Under the pieces are notes generated by a model. That model was not told the origin of the DNA. It saw only the letters and a list, made by a program, of their open reading frames with translations, and searched no databases. Of a stretch of 64,000 nt of DNA, positions 27,692-36,399 are shown one piece after another. Both the position numbers and the translations under genes were made by a program. The stretch comes from a phage: the NCBI GenBank assembly GCA_021537435.1, contig GCA_021537435.1_3050.1. One strand, given 5' to 3'. Numbering within the stretch: the first letter of the stretch is position 1; each line of letters opens with the position of its first letter.

Positions 27692-27964
27692 TTATTTGTT
27701 TGTATACATCTCTAGATATCGATATACACCCTCAAAACCCTCGTTGAATTCGTCGATGAGGGTTTTCTTATCTTCTTGGGTTAATTCAGAAACAATTTTA
27801 CGGAATGAATTCTGATTTAACTTTCTACCTTCATGCGTTACTCCAATCTCATTCAGAAATGCAATAAAATTAGCACGATTCTCAACAATATCTTCTCTGG
27901 AAAATTTAATCAAAATAGATGCAACAGTAATAATTTCACGAACTGTATCAATGTTTTTATTCAT
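27692..27964 (-). CDS. asiA: anti-sigma-70 factor AsiA
   Basis: 90-aa ORF MNKNIDTVREIITVASILIKFSREDIVENRANFIAFLNEIG... Confidence 0.9.
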   Translation of the reverse strand: MNKNIDTVREIITVASILIKFSREDIVENRANFIAFLNEIGVTHEGRKLNQNSFRKIVSELTQEDKKTLIDEFNEGFEGVYRYLEMYTNK

Positions 27965-28125
27965 TAACTATACCACTCAATTAGTTGACTTTGTTATAAT
28001 ATCATCAGACGCTTGATTTGTAAACTGGTCTGTGTTATTTTCTTCAAAAATTTTTTCTACGAATTCCTTGAACGACTCACGTTCCTGAGCTACATTGTGC
28101 TCGATTACCTTTTCAAGATTATGAC

Positions 28126-28404
28126 TCATTCGAAATAATCTTCAATTTCGTAATCATGGACATAAATCATTATAGTTTTTAATACATCATCAATACTTTT
28201 TCCTGGAGCTGGAATTACGTAAAAATATCCTACTTTTGAGAGGTCTTTATAAGTTCCAATTAAGAAATCGTTATTCTCAAGATGTAGTTCTTCAACTAAT
28301 TCATTGACAATTGAGTGGTATAAATTTGGTAGTAACTTGTATAGCTTTTCTAGAATATCAATTTTGATTGTATATTGAACCACAGACTGAGAATCAATAA
28401 TCAT
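28126..28404 (-). CDS. arn: anti-restriction nuclease inhibitor Arn (acidic DNA-mimic protein)
   Basis: 92-aa acidic ORF MIIDSQSVVQYTIKIDILEKLYKLLPNLYHSIVNELVEEL... Confidence 0.65.
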   Translation of the reverse strand: MIIDSQSVVQYTIKIDILEKLYKLLPNLYHSIVNELVEELHLENNDFLIGTYKDLSKVGYFYVIPAPGKSIDDVLKTIMIYVHDYEIEDYFE

Positions 28405-28487
28405 AGACCTTCCCCTTATGTTTCTGTTTGCGATTAGATTCTTTAAACGCTTTCTTCTTATCCTTATGGACAGAAGCTTTATTAAAA

Positions 28488-28706
28488 TTATGTTTTGCGA
28501 CTAAATTGTTCATAGTGCTGAATTACCTCTCTTAAACATTTGCATGTGAATGAAAACTTTTTAGCTACACCACATTCAAATATATGTTCTCTTAAATCAC
28601 GTGTGTCAGTATATCCCATCTCAACGATAAAATGCCGTATTAGATTTTTATCTTTATCATTGAGAGAATTAAAATAATCGGATTTTGAATTAATTTCCCT
28701 GGCCAA
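28488..28706 (-). CDS. hypothetical protein
   Basis: 72-aa ORF with paired Cys (CGVAKKFSFTCKC). Confidence 0.4.
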   Translation of the reverse strand: MAREINSKSDYFNSLNDKDKNLIRHFIVEMGYTDTRDLREHIFECGVAKKFSFTCKCLREVIQHYEQFSRKT

Positions 28707-28986
28707 ATTGAATCACCTTCAGTTGACGTTTTAGCTCTTTTATCATCTCTTCATTCATCGCAATATAAAGATCACGTAAAGCAGGTTTTAACATTCCATT
28801 TATTGGAGAACTAAATGGGCATACATAATCTTTTCCTACGAGCTTTTTAGTGAATTCCATATTACAGAACTGAAATGCTGGTTCATTGGCATAAATTCCC
28901 CATTTAGTTGACATCATTTTATTGGCATATTCCAGCGCCTGAATTTGATTCATAATTCCATCAATTTGAAACTTTTTAATATTCAT
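28690..28986 (-). CDS. hypothetical protein
   Basis: 98-aa ORF, overlapping neighbours. Confidence 0.4.
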   Translation of the reverse strand: MNIKKFQIDGIMNQIQALEYANKMMSTKWGIYANEPAFQFCNMEFTKKLVGKDYVCPFSSPINGMLKPALRDLYIAMNEEMIKELKRQLKVIQFGQGN

Positions 28987-29447
28987 TAGTAAAGGTCCTC
29001 AGAGTAAAGTTCTTTTTCACTACCACCACGTTCAATACGTACTTGTCCGGCGTAAGTTGCAATAATCATTGCTTCTTCACGTGTCCAATAATTACTATAT
29101 TGGTCAATAAACCCTTGGTCATCATCACAAACTTGCTGAGTAACTAATTGGGGTTTAACTACATCTAAAACTTCGGCCATATCTTTAGAATAATGACGAG
29201 CACCTGGAATAACAAGAGTTCGTCCATCTTTTAATTTAAAACGATTGGCTGCGCAAACAATTCGTCGTTGATACTTTTGATTTTCATCCCAATATGCAGA
29301 CTGCCAACAGATTTCAGGAACTTCTTTTAAAATATCTTCTTCTGTATATTCACCGTTGTAAGAAGCTAATTTAGCAGCCAGACTTTCTGGAGTCTCACGT
29401 GACAAAGCTTTATCTAACAGAGCTAAACGTTCTTTAAAAGTTTTCAT
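28986..29447 (-). CDS. hypothetical protein
   Basis: 153-aa ORF, start/stop overlap with neighbours. Confidence 0.45.
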   Translation of the reverse strand: MKTFKERLALLDKALSRETPESLAAKLASYNGEYTEEDILKEVPEICWQSAYWDENQKYQRRIVCAANRFKLKDGRTLVIPGARHYSKDMAEVLDVVKPQLVTQQVCDDDQGFIDQYSNYWTREEAMIIATYAGQVRIERGGSEKELYSEDLY

Positions 29448-29773
29448 TTAAACCATCCTTTAATACGCTGCCATAAAGTTTTCTGTTGAGCTTTGTTAAC
29501 GCCAATTGAGCGAATAACTGGTTGAGATTCCTGAAATTCTTTATAATCAGCAAGGTAAATTTCGTAAGCTGCATCCGTAAAGGAACTTATCGCTGCCATA
29601 AAATTATTGCGAATACCTACTGGAGCATCTTTACTTTCACGAATAATCATGTATTTACCAGTCTTAATCTTTACAATAGTTCCAAGATAAGCCCCATGGT
29701 ACCAGATGTCCCACCCCTCTTGAGTGGGTTCTGCACAACGACGAAGTTCATTAACAATTTCTAACTTGTTCAT
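29444..29773 (-). CDS. hypothetical protein
   Basis: 109-aa ORF downstream of motA. Confidence 0.45.
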   Translation of the reverse strand: MNKLEIVNELRRCAEPTQEGWDIWYHGAYLGTIVKIKTGKYMIIRESKDAPVGIRNNFMAAISSFTDAAYEIYLADYKEFQESQPVIRSIGVNKAQQKTLWQRIKGWFK

Positions 29774-29783
29774 TATTTATTCC

Positions 29784-30419
29784 TCACAGTTCAGATGCTA
29801 CGGTGATTACTGCTTCAATGTTTTCTGCCGAGCGTTTAATGTCAAGATACACATTACCGTTTTTAGCGATTTTACATGACATTCCGATATCAGTAAATTT
29901 CTGAATATGGTGTTCCATCATTTTGTATCCAAAAATTCGCATATTTCCATTGTTGTTAATTTCAAAATTGCGAATTCCGTGAGTGCGTTTTTCTAAAATA
30001 GCGAGATAGTTACTACGATAAGTTTCAACCTTTTTAAGAACAAATCCATTTTCATCTAAAAGTTTTAACATGAAGTCTTTATCTTCTTCCATATCAGAAG
30101 TAATCTCGCGAGCTTTACGAGTTGCTCGTTTTTTCAGCAGTTCAGGAGCATTTTCCTGTGCATATAAAGTTGCCGCATTTGAAATAATATCCTGAGCTTC
30201 ACCAGTAATGATTAATCCATCACCAGATTTCTCCACCAGGCCTTTTTTAATCAATACCCCAATATTACTATTAACTACTGCGTTACCTAAATCTGGATGC
30301 ACCTCACGAACTTCTGCAGCTGTAATGAAATCTTTCTTAGCAATGGTAATTAAAATCGCAGCAGTTTTTTCATTCAGAACATCGTTAGAAGCTTTGATGA
30401 TGTAAGTTACTTTAGACAT
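29784..30419 (-). CDS. motA: middle-promoter transcription activator MotA
   Basis: 211-aa ORF MSKVTYIIKASNDVLNEKTAAILITIAKKDFITAAEVREV... Confidence 0.85.
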   Translation of the reverse strand: MSKVTYIIKASNDVLNEKTAAILITIAKKDFITAAEVREVHPDLGNAVVNSNIGVLIKKGLVEKSGDGLIITGEAQDIISNAATLYAQENAPELLKKRATRKAREITSDMEEDKDFMLKLLDENGFVLKKVETYRSNYLAILEKRTHGIRNFEINNNGNMRIFGYKMMEHHIQKFTDIGMSCKIAKNGNVYLDIKRSAENIEAVITVASEL

Positions 30420-30460
30420 TTTCTAATCTCCGTAATTCTGTATCAGTAGTTGATAGTTGT

Positions 30461-30489
30461 ATAGTACCACAGTATGCTTTGGTTGTAAA
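30461..30489 (-). promoter_or_regulatory. early promoter, conserved cassette, upstream of motA
   Basis: rc GGTTTACA, 17 nt, TACTAT; near-identical to the copies at 34322 and 60412. Confidence 0.55.
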
Positions 30490-30511
30490 CCGTTTTGTGA
30501 AAAAATTTTTG

Positions 30512-30541
30512 AAATAAAAAAGGGAGAGCCGAGGCTCTCCC
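30512..30541 (-). terminator. rho-independent terminator
   Basis: hairpin GGGAGAGCC/GGCTCTCCC followed by U-run (minus strand). Confidence 0.6.
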
Positions 30542-30546
30542 TAAAA

Positions 30547-30696
30547 TTACTGCATGACTGTGATAACTGTCATGATAACACGTTGAATTCCGAACGCAAG
30601 AAGACCTCCTGCTATGGCAGGAACAACACCTAAACCCGCCAGTAAAATGCTACCAGATACTAATGCCGCGCTTGTAATACCAATGAATGGACTCAT
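30547..30696 (-). CDS. small hydrophobic membrane peptide (49 aa)
   Basis: rc ORF MSPFIGITSAALVSGSILLAGLGVVPAIAGGLLAFGIQRVIMTVITVMQ; ATG overlaps gene 52 stop; below track cutoff. Confidence 0.4.
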   Translation of the reverse strand: MSPFIGITSAALVSGSILLAGLGVVPAIAGGLLAFGIQRVIMTVITVMQ

Positions 30697-32021
30697 TTGA
30701 TTTCCTCTAAATCTTTAGTGTATTCTGTAACTACATCAGTAGTTTTCCAATATTCGTTTTCTTCTTTTTTAGCTTTAGCTTCTTCAGCAAGTTTCTTTGC
30801 TTCATCGGAAGTCATATGAAAAATATTCATTCCAACTAGTTTATCAACATAAGAAGAATACATATCAATTTTAGAAAGTTCTTCGGTCAGTTCTTTGCGA
30901 GTTTTACCTTGTATAACAATTTCACCTGAAATTACTTTCTTAATGAAATGCGCCTTGGCAAAGGCTAAACGAAATGCTGATTCAGTTTCTTTGATTTTGT
31001 TATCAATTCGTTTTTGGACATAAGTTTTACGAACTTCAACGAAGTCTTTAATTAAATCAACTACGTTATCGTAAACTTGCAGCTTTCCTTTCTCATTAAT
31101 GACTGTAATATTCTGAGAACGACGCTCAATCAACCCGAAGTCTTTCATGATTTTTGCATGGCGTTCTTCTTCGTTATCACTCAAAGAGTATTCTTTGCGG
31201 AATTTAACTTTAAAGCCAAAACCATGCTCACCACAAGCATCATCCCATGTAATGAAGCCTTTATCTTCAAGCGGGTCTAAGATTTTACTCACATAAGTTT
31301 CACGATCATACTTATACGGAATCTCAGTGATATTCATTTGAGTTCGTGAAGTAAACTTGTACGTTCCACGAATTTCATATTGACCGTCAATTTCAACGAC
31401 TTCACCACGAAATTCTGGGAATTCTACCTTCGGTTTAGTTACTTTCTTTCCTTGAAGAGCTTGCAATACAGCTTTCTTGACAGAAGAAACACTATGAGGA
31501 AGAATGTAAGTTGCATAACCAGTTGCAATACCGGAAACACCATTAAGAAGAACAGTAGGAATAATAGGCAAATAGAAAGCAGGAGGAATGTGTTCTTTAT
31601 CTTGATGTACCGGAGCATATTCAGTATCTTTATATACGTTATAGAAATTTTTACTTACACGAGCAAAAATATAACGACTTGCTGCTGCTTTTTGAACAGT
31701 ACGAGAACCAAAGTTTCCTTGACCATCTAACAAAGGAAAGTTATTATTCCAAGTGTTAGCCATCAAAGCCCCCGCATCTTGCGCAGAGTTTTCACCATGA
31801 TGATATCCAAGGTCTGCTACACCACCTGCAATAGAAGCGAGTTTGTGAAACTTATCTTTATTTCCACGTGCCAAATCGAGAGCTCGAGCAATAACAAATC
31901 GTTGAACTGGCTTAAATCCATCAATCATATTTGGGATAGCACGATTTTCAACCGTGTACATAGCATAAGCCAATGCTTCATTATCAATGATACTTTTTAA
32001 ATCGCGATTATTCAGTTGCAT
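30693..32021 (-). CDS. 52: DNA topoisomerase II medium subunit gp52 (GyrA-like)
   Basis: 442-aa ORF; ...GFKPVQRFVIARAL... and active-site Tyr region. Confidence 0.9.
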   Translation of the reverse strand: MQLNNRDLKSIIDNEALAYAMYTVENRAIPNMIDGFKPVQRFVIARALDLARGNKDKFHKLASIAGGVADLGYHHGENSAQDAGALMANTWNNNFPLLDGQGNFGSRTVQKAAASRYIFARVSKNFYNVYKDTEYAPVHQDKEHIPPAFYLPIIPTVLLNGVSGIATGYATYILPHSVSSVKKAVLQALQGKKVTKPKVEFPEFRGEVVEIDGQYEIRGTYKFTSRTQMNITEIPYKYDRETYVSKILDPLEDKGFITWDDACGEHGFGFKVKFRKEYSLSDNEEERHAKIMKDFGLIERRSQNITVINEKGKLQVYDNVVDLIKDFVEVRKTYVQKRIDNKIKETESAFRLAFAKAHFIKKVISGEIVIQGKTRKELTEELSKIDMYSSYVDKLVGMNIFHMTSDEAKKLAEEAKAKKEENEYWKTTDVVTEYTKDLEEIK

Positions 32022-32025
32022 AAAT

Positions 32026-32166
32026 TTACCATACTAGTGAATGTAGTGCCATAATAACATCAGAAATGAAAAGCACGACTTGAATTAATCCGAACATTAC
32101 TCCATAATATAGTGCTACCAATAAAGTAGCAAGGGCTAATGAATAGCCCAAGATTTTCTTAATCAT
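32026..32166 (-). CDS. small membrane peptide (46 aa; T4 ac-like position)
   Basis: rc ORF MIKKILGYSLALATLLVALYYGVMFGLIQVVLFISDVIMALHSLVW directly upstream of gene 52. Confidence 0.35.
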   Translation of the reverse strand: MIKKILGYSLALATLLVALYYGVMFGLIQVVLFISDVIMALHSLVW

Positions 32167-32324
32167 TAGTAGATAACAACACAAATGTTAAATATGCACA
32201 CATACCCTGAGCTAAAGCTTGTGAAAACACGCTGCTGGCATCGATACAGATAGTTAAAACACATGCTACTATCCAACAAATAAATGAAATAACTCCTAAT
32301 AATTTTGCAATATTCATATTTTCC

Positions 32325-32405
32325 TCACTGGCGTCCGAAGACGCCTTTAGTTTTAAGATTATTACGATAGAACTGCATCACATGTTCGTTATGGAAATTG
32401 CTCAT
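32325..32405 (-). CDS. stp: Stp peptide (26 aa), known in T4 to activate the host PrrC anticodon nuclease by inhibiting EcoprrI
   Basis: rc [29 protein letters not shown]. Confidence 0.7.
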
Positions 32406-32860
32406 TAATATGCCTGCAAAACAAATTTAAAATTATCAGCCAACATACGATTCATTTCTTCAAGTGTTTGATACTCAGAATGATGATTACGGGTAAACGC
32501 TAAAGCTAACTGACCTTTTCCAAATCCCGTCGTCAGAGGTTTCATCTTAGAAGCAGGTAGATAAAATACCGTGTATGGAACATTGTTATTTGCAATAGTA
32601 CGCGCAAGCTGAGATCGACATTGGCGAATATGACTTAGAACTGCACTGAATCCTTGCTTAGAGCGCTGATTACCTACATAAAATCGTGCAGATACACACG
32701 GACTATCAAATGGACCACCAAATTTGCTCACTAAAAAGTAAAATCCAGGGTTAGACAAAATGTCTTTATGCGGAGTTCCAAAAACCCATTCACCACCCTT
32801 GATTGTACCAATAACAGTAGCACCTGCATTATTCAGATCAGTAACAGTCATGTATTTCAT
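32405..32860 (-). CDS. ndd: nucleoid disruption protein Ndd
   Basis: 151-aa [36 protein letters not shown]... Confidence 0.75.
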
Positions 32861-32919
32861 GTTAATTTCCTCTAATTATTTTCTACTCCAAGGCCGCATG
32901 AATACATACGGCCGATAAA

Positions 32920-33135
32920 TTAATCGTCGCAGTCGACGCTCAATTCCCAGAATTCTTCTACGGTGTAAGTTTCAGTATCATTTTCAATACAGAAACGTTC
33001 ATTACTGTTATTTGCTAAAGTAGCGTTAACTGTCATTTTCTCGCTGGTGCTCTTAAGAGGCGAAATACGAATTAACTGATCACCATTATCTAAACAGAAA
33101 ATTTCACCAACTTTTACATCTTTAAAAATTTTCAT
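32920..33135 (-). CDS. hypothetical protein
   Basis: 71-aa acidic ORF. Confidence 0.4.
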   Translation of the reverse strand: MKIFKDVKVGEIFCLDNGDQLIRISPLKSTSEKMTVNATLANNSNERFCIENDTETYTVEEFWELSVDCDD

Positions 33136-33250
33136 AATTCACCTCAGGGAGTATAAAATCCAAATGCAGTTGTTGACCATCCCATCCAATACGGAAAATT
33201 TGCGCCAATGTAAAACATGAGAATATAAAACCAACCACTCAGCAAATTTA

Positions 33251-33469
33251 TCATTTTACACCATTCCAAATTGTTTCAACCGCAGATTTTAAGCCATTTT
33301 GATGAATGTCCATTCCGACAACTACCATCAAATAAATTCCAACTACAACTGAACCTAAGGCAAAAATCAGCATGAAAATGAATAAAGCCGGAAAAATATT
33401 ATCGAAAAACCATTCAATAAATGTAAAAGCACTGCGTTTACGCTTCATGTTTTCCTCACATAAATCCAA
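33251..33469 (-). CDS. hypothetical membrane protein
   Basis: 72-aa ORF with two hydrophobic helices. Confidence 0.4.
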   Translation of the reverse strand: MDLCEENMKRKRSAFTFIEWFFDNIFPALFIFMLIFALGSVVVGIYLMVVVGMDIHQNGLKSAVETIWNGVK

Positions 33470-33569
33470 AGTAAGCGTTTAATACATCAATCATTAAAAC
33501 GATTGGGAATATACTCAAAACTATTAGTATTATAACTACATTCCATATAGCTTTAACAATCTTTTTCAT
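33456..33569 (-). CDS. small membrane peptide (37 aa)
   Basis: start MKKIVKAIWNVVIILIVLSIF... with GGAGG RBS; the longer track ORF reads through the early promoter. Confidence 0.35.
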   Translation of the reverse strand: MKKIVKAIWNVVIILIVLSIFPIVLMIDVLNAYFGFM

Positions 33570-33597
33570 TTTCTGTTCCTCCGTAGTTGATAGGGTA

Positions 33598-33626
33598 ATA
33601 GTACCACAGAGGAACCGTCTTGTAAA
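33598..33626 (-). promoter_or_regulatory. early promoter, conserved cassette
   Basis: rc GTTTACA, 17 nt, TACTAT. Confidence 0.5.
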
Positions 33627-33811
33627 CAACTTTTTAAAAATATTCGTAATAAATGTGAATACCAATCACCACTGCCGAAACTTGCGCAACCCACCATGCA
33701 CAAGCAATAAGTACAGAATTCAAAATTTTCATAATAACCTCATTACAAAAGTAAATGTTAAACAAATTAATGGAATACTAATTAACCAAACGAAACACCA
33801 CCATAATGAAC

Positions 33812-34084
33812 TCATAGTTCAATCTCAGCGATTTTCATTTCATTACTATTAATAGCCGCTTTAAGACTATCTGAAAGAATTACATTCCAGTGGTCATTCA
33901 TATGACCATTAACTAAGCGTGTAATTTCTTCGGGAGTTGAAAAATAAGGCGTATCAGACTCCCAATGCGATAATCCCAAGCGAGTATAAATCATACCTTC
34001 ATCATCGCTAGAATATTCAACTGACACAAACTCATCAGTTATTTTATGTTTAGCGTAATAAAATTTAAATTTCATTTTACTCAA
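33812..34084 (-). CDS. hypothetical protein
   Basis: 90-aa ORF. Confidence 0.4.
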   Translation of the reverse strand: MSKMKFKFYYAKHKITDEFVSVEYSSDDEGMIYTRLGLSHWESDTPYFSTPEEITRLVNGHMNDHWNVILSDSLKAAINSNEMKIAEIEL

Positions 34085-34287
34085 TAATCCGCTAAAAGAT
34101 CGACGATTGCATCACGAAGACACTTATTCGCAATACGTTTAAGAGCAATTTCAGTTTCTGGAGCATTTTGAATAATCATTGAATTCAATTCAGCCTCAGC
34201 AAACTGAAGTTCTTTAACTAATTCAGCTTTATATTTTCCTTGCCCTTTCTTAGCTTTTGCTCGTTTTAATTCAGCTGTAGTAAACAT
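34081..34287 (-). CDS. hypothetical protein
   Basis: start MFTTAELKRAKAKKGQGKYKAEL...; early promoter upstream; track ORF uses upstream TTG. Confidence 0.4.
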   Translation of the reverse strand: MFTTAELKRAKAKKGQGKYKAELVKELQFAEAELNSMIIQNAPETEIALKRIANKCLRDAIVDLLADY

Positions 34288-34321
34288 TTTATTCTCCAAA
34301 TCCGTATCAGTTGATAGTTGT

Positions 34322-34350
34322 ATAGTACCACAGTCCTTGTGGTATGTAAA
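34322..34350 (-). promoter_or_regulatory. early promoter, conserved cassette
   Basis: rc GGTTTACA, 17 nt, TACTAT. Confidence 0.55.
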
Positions 34351-34368
34351 CCGTTTTGTGAAAAATTT

Positions 34369-34926
34369 TTAAATGGAAAGATACCATCCGTTGTAGTTGC
34401 TTTTTCTTACAACCTTACGAAGGTCTTCTCTATCACCGATGAACTTCGGAGTGTACTGGATGACACCTGGGTGAATTTCTTTAGTGTTGAATATAATTAT
34501 ACAGTCAGCGACCTGATGATTCAGAATAGGCCCTAGATTTATTCCAGAACCATATGGATACTCTCCGCTGCATCCTGTTGTTACAGAAATCCAACGTGAG
34601 TCAGTTTGATGTGTCTTAACTTCTACACGAAGCCCGCAGTATCTTGGATGCGCCAATACATCCCATGCGTATGTATACGGGTCATTAACATCCTCTTGGC
34701 CTTTGTTAACATACCCGCTTAGCCAATCTGCTACAAAAAACTCTGCGTACACCGCGATACGACATCTTTCGATAACTTCTGCTTTATCCTGGTTCGGGTT
34801 TTGTTTTAAAGAGTATCTTGCTGTATCAGCAATTTTGACCTTCATTTCACTAGTCAAGTCACTGTTCGATAGGGTAAATGTCGGAATCTGAAATAGTCTC
34901 TGTAAACCTGGATTCGTTTTCTGCAT
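34369..34926 (-). CDS. denB: endonuclease IV (dC-specific)
   Basis: 185-aa ORF at the T4 denB position between ndd and rIIB. Confidence 0.6.
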   Translation of the reverse strand: MQKTNPGLQRLFQIPTFTLSNSDLTSEMKVKIADTARYSLKQNPNQDKAEVIERCRIAVYAEFFVADWLSGYVNKGQEDVNDPYTYAWDVLAHPRYCGLRVEVKTHQTDSRWISVTTGCSGEYPYGSGINLGPILNHQVADCIIIFNTKEIHPGVIQYTPKFIGDREDLRKVVRKSNYNGWYLSI

Positions 34927-35188
34927 TTAGACTTTCCTTTTTACCACTAAAATAAGCGTTATGTACTTTAAGAGTGCCGTAATAAATTCGATCATTTTCA
35001 TGTAAAGACTCACGGTCAAGTTCATCGAGTTTCTTTTTATCCATGACTATAACATCATTACAATAAAGAAACCCAAGTTTTTCGTGACCAAACTCAAATT
35101 TATTGCAGTACACAATATTAGCGTGATGATTTCCGTGCAGTTTAATCTCTTTTATGTCGGAATCACCGATATTCATACAATAAATCAT
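34859..35188 (-). CDS. hypothetical protein
   Basis: 109-aa ORF upstream of denB. Confidence 0.4.
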   Translation of the reverse strand: MIYCMNIGDSDIKEIKLHGNHHANIVYCNKFEFGHEKLGFLYCNDVIVMDKKKLDELDRESLHENDRIYYGTLKVHNAYFSGKKESLNAENESRFTETISDSDIYPIEQ

Positions 35189-35195
35189 AATTTTT

Positions 35196-35224
35196 CCTTA
35201 AAACAAAAGGGCCGAAGCCCCTTA
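35196..35224 (-). terminator. hairpin terminator
   Basis: GGGGC-UUCG-GCCC then U-rich tract (minus strand). Confidence 0.5.
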
Positions 35225-35226
35225 TT

Positions 35227-35421
35227 TTATTTAAATTGTGCAATTCTTTTCTCTAAACAATCTGCGTAAGATTTCATTGAGATAAATTGTGAAAGCAACA
35301 GTTCTTGCTCAACTTCATTAATCGTTAGAAACTTTGTGCTTTCTAAAAATTTGCTCAGTGCATTAATTTTGAGCATTAATTGATCGTATTCTTCTTTTAC
35401 TCGTGCTTGATAACCTAACAT
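35227..35421 (-). CDS. hypothetical protein
   Basis: 64-aa ORF between rIIB and denB; hairpin terminator downstream. Confidence 0.45.
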   Translation of the reverse strand: MLGYQARVKEEYDQLMLKINALSKFLESTKFLTINEVEQELLLSQFISMKSYADCLEKRIAQFK

Positions 35422-35435
35422 AATTTTCCTTAGTT

Positions 35436-35451
35436 AAGGGCCGAAGCCCTT
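35436..35451 (-). other. intercistronic stem-loop downstream of rIIB
   Basis: AAGGGC-UUCG-GCCCUU with no U-tract; next RBS follows immediately. Confidence 0.4.
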
Positions 35452-36388
35452 ATTTAAATTGTTCAGTAACGTCTTCAACTACTTCGTATTGACAGGTACG
35501 CATTTTAGCATCGTTGTAATCAATCGGAATTGATACTACATCGCGAGGATGCACTTTAACTTTTACAACTCGGCTGGTTGAACTGCCAAAGTGACGAATA
35601 TAAGATTTAGAACACACATGCAGACCACGAGAACAAGTTTGTGTATCATCGTCATTCACGCGAGTACGTGGCATTTTAACTACTTTACCAGGACTATTAT
35701 CAAAGGTATTTGAGTGACAGTCAAAGTAATTGCTGCGAACTACTTTCCAAGCATAGAAGTAACCATCTTCTGTAATTTCAATATCGTTTGCTACCAAGAA
35801 ATCAAAGAGTCGAGATACCGCTTTTTGGCTCGGGTTTTCCAACAGATTTTCCAAGAACGGAAAATAAAATTCAAAGTTTTCGCCTTTTTCCATCGAATCG
35901 AGAATACGATCAACTAAACCAGACCGCAATTCAATATTTTGATAGAACAAGCTTCCACCTTCAATTCGAACATCACCGGAAATATATTTTTCAACAGCGC
36001 GGCGAACATTAATTTTTTGTGCCGCTTCTTCCAATTTATCTGCAACAAGCAGATTAAGAATTTCCTGGAAGTTTGAATGAGTATTAGGAGTTGCGTTATA
36101 AGTTACACCGTCAACAGTAATTGAAATGAATTTTTTAGATGCATTCCAAATAATGTCAGATTTAGCAACTGGAGCGATAGCTGTATCGCTATTAACTTTA
36201 ACCGTAATGTCACCGCTAATGGTAACTTTGGGGCGCTCAGCTTCTTCAGCATTTTTCAAAACACGACGGATTGTGTCAACCGATACACCTTGCCAATCAG
36301 CCAATTCCTGCTGGGTGTAATTACCACTTGAATACAGTTTGACAATTTCAGCTTGTTCGTTTTTGGTCAGGCATTTAATATTGTACAT
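35450..36388 (-). CDS. rIIB: rIIB protein
   Basis: 312-aa ORF MYNIKCLTKNEQAEIVKLYSSGNYTQQELADWQGVSVDTIRR... Confidence 0.9.
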   Translation of the reverse strand: MYNIKCLTKNEQAEIVKLYSSGNYTQQELADWQGVSVDTIRRVLKNAEEAERPKVTISGDITVKVNSDTAIAPVAKSDIIWNASKKFISITVDGVTYNATPNTHSNFQEILNLLVADKLEEAAQKINVRRAVEKYISGDVRIEGGSLFYQNIELRSGLVDRILDSMEKGENFEFYFPFLENLLENPSQKAVSRLFDFLVANDIEITEDGYFYAWKVVRSNYFDCHSNTFDNSPGKVVKMPRTRVNDDDTQTCSRGLHVCSKSYIRHFGSSTSRVVKVKVHPRDVVSIPIDYNDAKMRTCQYEVVEDVTEQFK

Positions 36389-36399
36389 AATTTTCCTTA

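Noticed and set aside
27700-27760. Inverted repeat AAAACCCTC...GAGGGTTTT just after the holin stop
   Set aside because: Lies inside the asiA coding sequence; could be a bidirectional terminator but cannot be separated from coding constraint by eye
31077-32000. Plus-strand ORFs within gene 52
   Set aside because: Antisense shadow ORFs
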